Of a stretch of 64,000 nt of DNA, positions 50,841 through 58,644 are shown piece after piece; positions within the stretch are counted from its first letter, which is position 1, and each line of letters opens with the position of its first letter. The DNA comes from an uncultured Acidimicrobiaceae bacterium (lineage in GTDB: Bacteria > Actinomycetota > Acidimicrobiia > Acidimicrobiales > CAYSAC01): assembly GCA_964428815.1 (NCBI GenBank), contig CAYSAC010000001.1, positions 25,349-89,348 of the forward strand, read 5' to 3'. The notes beneath the pieces are model-generated. The model did no database searches. It was not told where the DNA came from and saw only the letters and a list, made by a program, of their open reading frames with translations. Both the position numbers and the translations under genes were made by a program.

Positions 50841-52864
50841 ATCACCGGTTCGATCTCGATCGGAACGCCGGAGTACAGCGCCATGCCGCCGAGACGATCG
50901 ACATCATCAGTACTGGTGAGGTGATTGACGTTCGCGTGCAGGTGTCCGTGCGGGATCGAGCAAACGCCCTTGCGCATACCGGCATCGACCTTCGCCGCAA
51001 CGATGATCTCGCCTCTCTTGTTGTGGACGCGCACTCTCTGCCCGTCGGCGATCCCGTGAGCCGCCGCTGTGTCGGGATGCAGGAAGATGTCCGCCGGCTC
51101 GCCCATGAAGCTGAGCTGCGCGTTCATTTTCTTGACCTGGCGCCTCGAGCTGAGGACCAGCGGCTTCGGCTTGCCGAGTGCGGCCTCATCGGCGTCGCGC
51201 ATCTCGTACCACTGCTCGAGCATCTCCGGCGGTGCCAATCGCCATCCGCCGATCCGCTCGAAGTGCTCCTCCGCCCACGGGGCCGGGAACTCGTGCGGGA
51301 ACTCGACGTACTGCTTCGCCTTGAGATCTTCGAAGCTGGAGCGCGCACGCTTCATCAGCGTCGCGAGCATGAAGTCGTCGGCGCCCTCCTGGCGATCATC
51401 GTCCGGTACGTAGTCGGGAACTCGCAATCCCGCCCGCCTCATGAATTGCGAGATCACCCACCAGGCCGAGCGCCTCTCGCCCAACGGTTCGACGAGCGGC
51501 GGGGTGTACTGCAACGACACGTTCCAGTTGAGCGTGTCCCAGCGCGTGAGCTCGGCCCGCTCGAGTGGACCCTTGGTCGGCAGGAGATGCGTGCACAACG
51601 GCGTCAGCTCGTTGTGCACGATCTCGACACCCACGTGCAGGTCGAGCTTCGGCAGCGCGGCCTTGAGCGCATTGGTGTCGGGGAACGCGCGCAGCATGCT
51701 GCCGCCGAAGTTGAACAGGGCGCGGATGTTGCCGCGCTCGATCTCCAGCGGAAGCACTGCGCACGGCCAGTCGCCGACGATCCCCTTGACGTCAGGGCGG
51801 ACGTTCGACCCGGGGGTGAAGGTGTCGAGCACCGGCAGCTCCCAGTCCTCGTACGGCTTGAGGAAGCCGGGGTGGAACCAGGCGCCGCCCTTCTCGTTCA
51901 TCGAGCCGGTCAGGACCATGATCAGCCAGGCGAACCACTGCGTCAGGTTGGCGCCGGCGGACATGGTGATGCCCGTGCCGGTCTCCGTGGCCACGCGGCC
52001 CTTCCGGCGAATGGCCCCGAGCAGGTCCTCGAGTTCCTGTTCGGTGACACCGGCGATCTCCGCGGCCTTCGCCCGGTCATAGCCTTCGAGCGCCGCCCGC
52101 AGCTCCGGCAGGCCAGTGACCGGCTGCTTGGGGTTGCACGGGCCGCCGTCGATGAGCTCGCGCACCACCCAGGCGAGGATCGCGTAGTCCTTGCCGGGGT
52201 AGGCGGCGATGTGGCGGGTGGAGAGCCTCGCCGTCTGCGTGAGCACCGGGTCGATCGTCCACACCTCACCGCGCTCGGCGACGGACCTGATCCAGGTGAC
52301 CGGGTCGAACATCCCCGTGTTGTGCGCGTGGCTGACCACCGGGTTCGTTCCGATGTAGATCAGCAGCTCGACGTTGTCGTAGTCCGTCTTGGGGTTGAGG
52401 GGGAACCCCATCATCGCGGCCGCGAGCATCGTCTTGGCGGTGCCATCGATGGTCAGCGGCGAGAACTTCGGCGGCGTACCCAAGGCGCGGTAGAACGCGT
52501 CTTCCATGGCGTAGCCGGATGAGTCCAAGCCGAGGCCACTGCCGTAGTTGATGGCGACCGCGTTCGGGCCATGCGCATCGATGGTGCTTCGAAGCTTCGC
52601 GGCGATGTCGTCGAGCGCCTCGTCCCATCCCACCTCGACGAGCTCGCCGTGCTTGCGCATCATCGGGCGCGTGATCGCGCCCTCGATGTGGTGCACCTGA
52701 CCAGTCGCTCGGCCCTTCGGGCAGGTGTAGCCCGCGGTGAGCGGATGCTCCTTGTCACCGCGCACCTTCAGGATCCGGTCACCGGCGACCTCGGCGACGA
52801 TTCCACAGGCGGTGATGCACACCCGGCAGTAGGTGCGCTTGATCTCGACAGGTTGACTGGTCAC
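50837..52864 (-). CDS. Molybdopterin (bis-MGD type) oxidoreductase with N-terminal 4Fe-4S motif
   Basis: GTG start at 52862-52864, 4 nt after GGAGAA. CRVCITACG...CPKG cluster motif. Long molybdopterin oxidoreductase-like body and a C-terminal barrel-like region (VRVHNKRGEI...). Confidence 0.85.
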   Translation of the reverse strand: MTSQPVEIKRTYCRVCITACGIVAEVAGDRILKVRGDKEHPLTAGYTCPKGRATGQVHHIEGAITRPMMRKHGELVEVGWDEALDDIAAKLRSTIDAHGPNAVAINYGSGLGLDSSGYAMEDAFYRALGTPPKFSPLTIDGTAKTMLAAAMMGFPLNPKTDYDNVELLIYIGTNPVVSHAHNTGMFDPVTWIRSVAERGEVWTIDPVLTQTARLSTRHIAAYPGKDYAILAWVVRELIDGGPCNPKQPVTGLPELRAALEGYDRAKAAEIAGVTEQELEDLLGAIRRKGRVATETGTGITMSAGANLTQWFAWLIMVLTGSMNEKGGAWFHPGFLKPYEDWELPVLDTFTPGSNVRPDVKGIVGDWPCAVLPLEIERGNIRALFNFGGSMLRAFPDTNALKAALPKLDLHVGVEIVHNELTPLCTHLLPTKGPLERAELTRWDTLNWNVSLQYTPPLVEPLGERRSAWWVISQFMRRAGLRVPDYVPDDDRQEGADDFMLATLMKRARSSFEDLKAKQYVEFPHEFPAPWAEEHFERIGGWRLAPPEMLEQWYEMRDADEAALGKPKPLVLSSRRQVKKMNAQLSFMGEPADIFLHPDTAAAHGIADGQRVRVHNKRGEIIVAAKVDAGMRKGVCSIPHGHLHANVNHLTSTDDVDRLGGMALYSGVPIEIEPVI

Positions 52865-52875
52865 GTTTTCTCCGT

Positions 52876-54021
52876 TCAGCAGCCGAGGGCGCGTGCGATC
52901 ACCAGGTGCTGGATCTCGTTCGTGCCCTCGCCGATCTCGAGCACCTTCGCATCGCAGTAGAAGCGGGCCACGGGTGACTCGAGCATGTAGCCGACGCCGC
53001 CGTGGATCTGGACGGCCTCCGATGCCGCCGACACCGCGAGGCGACTGGCCTTCAGCTTGGCCATCGACGCCTCCTTGAGGAAGGGCTGCCCGGTGTCGCG
53101 CAGGTACGCGGCGCGGTAGGTGAGCCATCGTGCCGCCTCGAGCTCGGTGGCGATGTCGGCGAGCTTGAACTGCACCGCCTGGAACTTCGAGATCGGCTGG
53201 CCGAACTGCACGCGCTGCCGCGCGTAGTCGAGAGCCAGGTCGAGCACGGCCTGGGTGAGGCTGAGCGACAAGGCCGCGATCGAGATGCGCCCGACCTCGA
53301 GCGTCCCGAGGAACTGGCTGAGCCCCATCTCCGGATCGCCGACGAGGTGATCGTCGGGCACCCAGACGTCGTCGAAGAACAGCTCACGCGTGTCAAGGCC
53401 CCGCCAGCCGATGCCGCGCATCTTCGGGCCCATGGTGAAGCCGGCGGTGTCCTTCTCCACCACGAAGCTCGCGAACCTCGCCTGCCCCTCGACCGACTGG
53501 GTCCGCGCCAGCAGCGTTACCCCGAAGGACATGTCGGTGCCCGCGTTGGAGATGAACGCCTTGCGGCCGTTGATCAGCCAGCCACCATCGTGCCGTTCTG
53601 CCCTGGTGCTGATCCCTCGTGCGTCGGACCCGGCATCGGGTTCAGTCAGGCCGAACGCGCCGAGGGAGCGTCCCTCGGCCAACGGTCGCAGCCAGCGCTC
53701 GCGCTGCGCGTCGTTGCCGAAGAGGTACAGCGGCAGCGAACCGATCGTCACGTGCGCCTGCCACGCGGCGGCCACCGACTGGTCCGCCAGGCCGAGCTGC
53801 TCCATCGCCGCGACGAACCCGACCGTCGACATGCCGATCCCGCCCCACTCCTCCGGGATCAGCATTCCCAGCAGGCCCAACGCACCCATCTCGCGGAGCA
53901 GGTCGGTCGGGCACCGCGCCTCCTCCCACGCCAGCGGGGCACGCACGGCGATCTCCTTCTGCGCGAACTCGCGACAGAGGCCCACCAGATCGCGCTCCGA
54001 CTCGGTGAGCGAGAAGTCCAC
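52876..54021 (-). CDS. Acyl-CoA dehydrogenase
   Basis: LTEPDAGSD, ISNAG, and a C-terminal IGEGTNEIQ containing the catalytic Glu position. GTG start. Confidence 0.9.
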   Translation of the reverse strand: MDFSLTESERDLVGLCREFAQKEIAVRAPLAWEEARCPTDLLREMGALGLLGMLIPEEWGGIGMSTVGFVAAMEQLGLADQSVAAAWQAHVTIGSLPLYLFGNDAQRERWLRPLAEGRSLGAFGLTEPDAGSDARGISTRAERHDGGWLINGRKAFISNAGTDMSFGVTLLARTQSVEGQARFASFVVEKDTAGFTMGPKMRGIGWRGLDTRELFFDDVWVPDDHLVGDPEMGLSQFLGTLEVGRISIAALSLSLTQAVLDLALDYARQRVQFGQPISKFQAVQFKLADIATELEAARWLTYRAAYLRDTGQPFLKEASMAKLKASRLAVSAASEAVQIHGGVGYMLESPVARFYCDAKVLEIGEGTNEIQHLVIARALGC

Positions 54022-54037
54022 GGCCGGATCCTATTGG

Positions 54038-54051
54038 ACCGACCGGTACAA
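54038..54051 (-). promoter_or_regulatory. Box B of the conserved 14-nt motif (TTGTACCGGTCGGT on the minus strand)
   Basis: Plus strand reads ACCGACCGGTACAA. Lies in the 40-nt gap between the SDR stop (54062) and the ACAD GTG (54021), 16 nt upstream of that GTG. Confidence 0.5.
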
Positions 54052-54061
54052 CCGCGCTCTC

Positions 54062-54892
54062 TCAGCTGTCTCGGGCGCTTTCAGCTGCTCGGCGCAGCGC
54101 GGCGTCGCGCGCGTCGACAGAAGCGACGAGATCCCCGTGCGTGACGATGTACGGCTCTGCCCCGAGCAACGCGTTCACTGTGCGGCGCGCCGCTTCTTCA
54201 GGTGTGGCGAGGTCGCTCGTCATGTCGGGGTTGCTCGCGGTCATTGCTTCGAAGTCTTCGGCTTCACCGATCGCGCGTTGGAGGTGTTGCGGCTGCGCCT
54301 CAGTACTCGTTTCCAGATGACGCGACAGCATCCCTGACGGAAACACGACCGACACTGCGATTCCGTCGGCCGCGAGCTCGAGACGCAACGTCTCGGCGAG
54401 GCCCCACACTGCGAACTTGCTTGCCTGATACGCGCCGAGCCGGCTGGCCGGCGACAAGACCGACGACGAAGTCGTGAAGGCCAATCGTGGCCGCGCCGCC
54501 CGCCGCAGTAGCGGCACGAAAGCCCGCGCCGTGCGGGCACTACCGACGACGTTGACGTCGAGCACCCACTTCCACTCATCGTCGGTCAGCCGCTCGATGG
54601 CGCCGAACAGCTGGACGCCCACGTTCGACACGACGACATCAGCCCGCCCGAAACGCTCCATGACGATCGACGCGGCGCCATCGACCTGCTCGGCGACGGC
54701 CACGTCCATGGCCAGTCCGACAGCGTCGACGCCGAACGCATCCACGATCGCGCGTGCCTCCTCCACCGCCCGGCCACCGTCGCGGTCGAGGAGCACGACG
54801 TTCATCGCCGCCCTTGCACACTCCGCCGCGAGCGCCCTCCCGAAGCCAGATGCACCGCCGGTGATGACGGCGACCTCGCGGTCAGCCGTCAT
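54062..54892 (-). CDS. SDR
   Basis: VAVITGGASGFG, SNVG, YQASKFA. Confidence 0.9.
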   Translation of the reverse strand: MTADREVAVITGGASGFGRALAAECARAAMNVVLLDRDGGRAVEEARAIVDAFGVDAVGLAMDVAVAEQVDGAASIVMERFGRADVVVSNVGVQLFGAIERLTDDEWKWVLDVNVVGSARTARAFVPLLRRAARPRLAFTTSSSVLSPASRLGAYQASKFAVWGLAETLRLELAADGIAVSVVFPSGMLSRHLETSTEAQPQHLQRAIGEAEDFEAMTASNPDMTSDLATPEEAARRTVNALLGAEPYIVTHGDLVASVDARDAALRRAAESARDS

Positions 54893-55316
54893 GTTCCGCT
54901 CCCGACGTGAAGTCCATGCGCAGACGAGTCAGCCTCGTCGCCGATATCCGCCAGACGTCGTCCAGCTTCTCGTAGGCCTCGTGGTAGTGCCCGAAGCCGT
55001 GCAGCTCGGTGCCGTCCGGCCACCGCAACATGTCCTCCATGGCCCACACACCCGTCGCAGTCGTCTCGGAGGTGAGCTCGATCTCCGGAGTGTGCCCGTG
55101 GTGCACGGTGACGACGTCAGCAAGGGTCTCGCGCAAGAACGCCATGAACGCGTCCGCACCGAAGATCACAGTTCCGCCTGAGTCCGTGGTGTCCACCACG
55201 ACGGCATCGGTGAACACGTCGCGCATCGCGTTCCAGTCCTTCGTGTCCATCATCCGGAAGTAACGAGCCTTCAGCTGCTCGATCGCGAGGATGTCGTCCA
55301 ACACCGGAACGCTCAC
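54882..55316 (-). CDS. SnoaL/NTF2-like (SnoaL_4 / BaiE-like) protein
   Basis: AIEQLKARYFRMMDTKDWNAMRDVFTDDAV-type N-terminus (AIEQLKARYFRMMDTKDWNAMRDVFTDAVV). GTG start overlaps the TetR stop (GTGA). 11-nt overlap with the downstream SDR. Confidence 0.8.
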   Translation of the reverse strand: MSVPVLDDILAIEQLKARYFRMMDTKDWNAMRDVFTDAVVVDTTDSGGTVIFGADAFMAFLRETLADVVTVHHGHTPEIELTSETTATGVWAMEDMLRWPDGTELHGFGHYHEAYEKLDDVWRISATRLTRLRMDFTSGAEHDG

Positions 55317-55927
55317 GTTGAGGTCGCACGCGGCGGTTCGAGCTGAGCGATCGCCTGCTCGACGTACGCCACAGTGGCCTTGTGGCCAGCGGTCACTCCG
55401 AGCGCCTGTTCGAGCGCGAGCACCTGGGTCAGCCCTGTCATCAGCAGGAGGACGACGATCGGGGGGAGCTGGTCAGCGGTGATGCCGTCGGCCGCGAGCG
55501 CGGCGGTGAGTGCCTCGACCTGGGCAGCACGGAAGCGTTCCGCGTAGGCGGCGATCTCAGTGCGGATCGCCTTGCGATGATTCGCGAGCGCCACGAACTC
55601 GATGTTGAACACCGCACCGCGGGGGTCGGCGTTCAGACGCCACAGGGTGTGCAGCGAACAGTCGGCCACGATGGCGCGTTCGAACCGCGCGAGGTTCGCG
55701 TCGGCACTGCGTCGGAAGACCTCGAGGAAGAGGTCATCCATCGTCCGGAAGTAGTAGTGGACGAGCTGCGGCTTCAGGCCGGCCTTGGCGGCGACCCGTC
55801 GCGACGTGACTGCGGCGTAGCCCTCCTCGAGGAGCAGCACCTCGGCGGCGTCGAGCAGCTGGGCGCGGGTCTCGGAGTCCTCAGCTCCGATGCGTCGGGG
55901 TGACGGGGCGGTCTTCACCGGGGACAC
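55313..55927 (-). CDS. TetR-family transcriptional regulator
   Basis: HTH LLDAAEVLLLEEGYAAVTSRRVAAKAGLKPQLVHYYFRTMDDL. GTG start. Confidence 0.9.
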   Translation of the reverse strand: MSPVKTAPSPRRIGAEDSETRAQLLDAAEVLLLEEGYAAVTSRRVAAKAGLKPQLVHYYFRTMDDLFLEVFRRSADANLARFERAIVADCSLHTLWRLNADPRGAVFNIEFVALANHRKAIRTEIAAYAERFRAAQVEALTAALAADGITADQLPPIVVLLLMTGLTQVLALEQALGVTAGHKATVAYVEQAIAQLEPPRATST

Positions 55928-55948
55928 GTTGCCACGTCAGCAGATCGG

Positions 55949-55970
55949 ATGCTAAGCAACTGCTCAGCAT
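55949..55970. promoter_or_regulatory. 22-bp imperfect palindrome ATGCTAAGCAACTGCTCAGCAT, candidate TetR operator
   Basis: 9 of 11 base pairs are symmetric (ATGCTnAGCAnnTGCTnAGCAT). Located in the divergent gap between the TetR start (55927) and the P450 start (56012). Confidence 0.5.
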
Positions 55971-56011
55971 TGCCGTGCGTGTGCACAGCAGGGGCACGAG
56001 GGGGACCTGGC

Positions 56012-57298
56012 TTGAGCGACTGGGAGACGATCGACTTCTTCACCGACGAGTCGTTGGTCGAGGACCCGTACCCGTACTTCGAGGAGCTGCGGGCCGAGTG
56101 TCCGGTGCTCCCGCTGCCCCACCTCGGGGTGGTGGCGGTGACCGGCTACGACGAAGCGAACGAGGTGTACCGGGACACGGAGGCGTTCTCGTCGTGCAAC
56201 TCGGTGATCGGGCCGTACGCGACCTTCCCGGTGCCGCTCGAGGGCGATGACGTGACCGAGATCGTCGCTCGCTACCGCGACCAGCTCCCGATGAGCGAGC
56301 ACATGGTCACCATGGACCCGCCGGAGCACACCCGCGAGCGGGCGCTGCTGATGCGGCTGATCACGCCGAGGCGGCTCAAGGACAACGAGGCGTTCATGTG
56401 GCGCCTCGCCGACGCGCAGCTCGACGAGTTCGTGGCCGACGGCCACTGCGAGTTCATCAAGGCCTACGCCCAGCCCTTTGCCATGCTCGTGGTCGCCGAC
56501 GTCCTTGGCGTGCCTGAGGAGGACCACCAGCGCTTCGTCGAAGGCTTCGGTCTGAGCAAGTCCCCGGGCGCGGTCGGCGCCGGCGAGGAGGGCGGCCCAG
56601 GCGAGAACGCCCTCGGCTGGCTCGACGATTGGTTCGCCGAGTACATCGAGGACCGGCGGCGCCAGCCACGCAAGGACGTGCTCACCGACCTGGCGCTGGC
56701 CACCTACCCCGATGGGAGCACCCCGCCGGTCACGTCGGTCGTGCATACCTCGACGTTCCTGTTCGCCGCCGGGCAGGAGACGACCGCCCGCCTGCTCGCC
56801 GCCGCGCTGAAGCACCTCGCTGAGCACCCGGAGCTGCAGGACGAGCTGCGGGCCGACCACGAGAAGATCCCCAACTTCCTCGAGGAGGTGCTGCGGGTCG
56901 AGAGTCCGGTGAAGACCGACTTCCGCCTTACCCAGCGCGCGACGACCATCGGCGACGTCGAGGTCGCGGCCGGCACGCCGGTCATGCTGCTCAACGGCGC
57001 CGCCAACCGCGACCCCCGGCGGTTCGAGTGCCCGGCCGAGTTCCAGGTCGACCGTCCCAACGCCCAGGCCCACCTCGCGTTCGGTCGAGGCGTCCACTCA
57101 TGCCCTGGAGCGCCCCTGGCCCGGGCTGAGACACGGATCAGCCTCGAACGCATCCTCGAACGGACGCGGAACATCCACCTGTCCGAGGAGCATCACGGCC
57201 CTGCAGGCGCTCGGCGCTTCCACTATGAGCCGACCTGGGTCCTCCGCGGGCTCACCAACCTGCACCTCGAGTTCGAGCCGGCCGAGGCCGGCCGGTGA
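56012..57298 (+). CDS. Cytochrome P450 (paralog group)
   Basis: TTG start at 56012, 7 nt after GAGGGGGA, chosen by alignment with the N-termini of the two paralogs (IDFFTDESLVEDPYPYF). FGRGVHSCPGAPLA heme motif. Confidence 0.85.
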   Translation: MSDWETIDFFTDESLVEDPYPYFEELRAECPVLPLPHLGVVAVTGYDEANEVYRDTEAFSSCNSVIGPYATFPVPLEGDDVTEIVARYRDQLPMSEHMVTMDPPEHTRERALLMRLITPRRLKDNEAFMWRLADAQLDEFVADGHCEFIKAYAQPFAMLVVADVLGVPEEDHQRFVEGFGLSKSPGAVGAGEEGGPGENALGWLDDWFAEYIEDRRRQPRKDVLTDLALATYPDGSTPPVTSVVHTSTFLFAAGQETTARLLAAALKHLAEHPELQDELRADHEKIPNFLEEVLRVESPVKTDFRLTQRATTIGDVEVAAGTPVMLLNGAANRDPRRFECPAEFQVDRPNAQAHLAFGRGVHSCPGAPLARAETRISLERILERTRNIHLSEEHHGPAGARRFHYEPTWVLRGLTNLHLEFEPAEAGR

Positions 57299-58038
57299 GC
57301 CGGGTCGCTGTCGTCACGGGCGGTGCCTCTGGCATAGGCCTCGGCGTCGCCCGTCAGCTCGTCGCCGACGGCCACCGCGTCGCCATCTTCGATCGCAACG
57401 GCTCGGCGGCCAAGGCCGCCGCCGACGAGCTGCACGGTGAGGGCGCCACGGCACTCGCGGTCGAGGTCGACGTCGCCGACCGGGCATCGGTCGACGCCGG
57501 GTTCGCCCAGGTGCGGGACGAGCTCGGTCCGGTTGAGATCCTCGTCACCAGCGCCGGCATCGAGTCCTTCGACCCGGTTCTCGACATCACGCCCGAGAAG
57601 TGGGACCGGATCCTCGCGGTCAACCTCACAGGGACGTTCATCTCCGTCCAAGCCGCGCTCCCCGACATGCTGGCGGCTGGCTGGGGCCGCATCGTCACCA
57701 TCTCATCGTCGAGCGCCCAGTCGGGCGCGCCCAACATGGCGCACTACGCCGCGTCGAAGGGCGGCGTCATCGCGCTCACGAAGGCGCTGGCGGTGGAGCT
57801 CGCCCGGCAAGGGATCACCGTCAACACCATCCCGCCGAGCCTCGTTGACACGCCGATGGCGCGAGCCGCGGAGGCCGCCGGCGACTTCCCGGGCGTCGAC
57901 GTGGTCGGCCCGATGGTCCCGCTCGGGCGAGCGGGCACACCGGCCGACATCGCTGCAGCATGCTCGTTCCTCTGCTCAGAGGGCGGCAGCTACATCACGG
58001 GCCAGATCATCGGGGTCAACGGCGGCATGTACATCTGA
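57295..58038 (+). CDS. SDR (FabG-like)
   Basis: GTGA overlap with the P450 stop. VAVVTGGASGIG, TSAG, YAASKGG. Confidence 0.9.
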   Translation: MSRVAVVTGGASGIGLGVARQLVADGHRVAIFDRNGSAAKAAADELHGEGATALAVEVDVADRASVDAGFAQVRDELGPVEILVTSAGIESFDPVLDITPEKWDRILAVNLTGTFISVQAALPDMLAAGWGRIVTISSSSAQSGAPNMAHYAASKGGVIALTKALAVELARQGITVNTIPPSLVDTPMARAAEAAGDFPGVDVVGPMVPLGRAGTPADIAAACSFLCSEGGSYITGQIIGVNGGMYI

Positions 58039-58050
58039 GCAGGAGCATGC

Positions 58051-58644
58051 ATGAGTGGACCAAGCACCGACGTCTGGGACGTGATGGCGACAGCCCGGAC
58101 GATCCGTCGGTTCACTGACGAGCCGGTTGACGACGCCACCCTCGCCCGTTGCCTCGAAGCCGCGACATGGGCGCCGTCTGGTGCGAACGCGCAGGCGCTG
58201 CAGGTGATCGAGCCGGTCTACGGCATGACGCGTCCCGCCGATGACGACGACAGCCGCAGGGCGCGCACCTATCGAGCGACGTACGAGCTCCACGATCGGG
58301 CGGGTGAGTTCACGTCCGTGCTGTTCACCCAACAGCGATTCCCGACGGCGTCAGAGCTCCTCCTCGGGGGCTCGATCTTCCCGGCCATGCAGAACTTCCT
58401 ACTAGCCGCCCGCGCCCAAGGGCTGGGGGCGTGTGTCACCAGCTGGGCGTCGTACGGGGGCGAGTCGCTGCTCCGCGCCGCCGTCAGCGTGCCCGATGAC
58501 TGGATGCTCGCCGGGCACGTCGTAGTGGGTTGGCCCCGGGGGAACCACGGGCCGGTCCGTCGCCGTCCTCTCTCCCGGGTCACGTTCCTCGACCGTTGGG
58601 ACGCACCCGCGAGCGACATCGCCGATGACGGACCGGGGCAATGA
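58051..58644 (+). CDS. Nitroreductase-family paralog carrying a 22-codon internal deletion
   Basis: Collinear with 6346..7044 (TARTIRRFTDEPVDDATL...AMQNFLLAARAQGLGAC) but lacks WRFVVLRSPAQRVAVAEAARRA. SD AGGAG lies 5 nt upstream. Confidence 0.75.
   Translation: MSGPSTDVWDVMATARTIRRFTDEPVDDATLARCLEAATWAPSGANAQALQVIEPVYGMTRPADDDDSRRARTYRATYELHDRAGEFTSVLFTQQRFPTASELLLGGSIFPAMQNFLLAARAQGLGACVTSWASYGGESLLRAAVSVPDDWMLAGHVVVGWPRGNHGPVRRRPLSRVTFLDRWDAPASDIADDGPGQ

Noticed and set aside
50837-52864. Selenocysteine (in-frame TGA) in the molybdopterin oxidoreductase.
   Set aside because: The frame is uninterrupted from the GTG start to the TAG stop. There is no internal TGA and no SECIS-like hairpin to explain.
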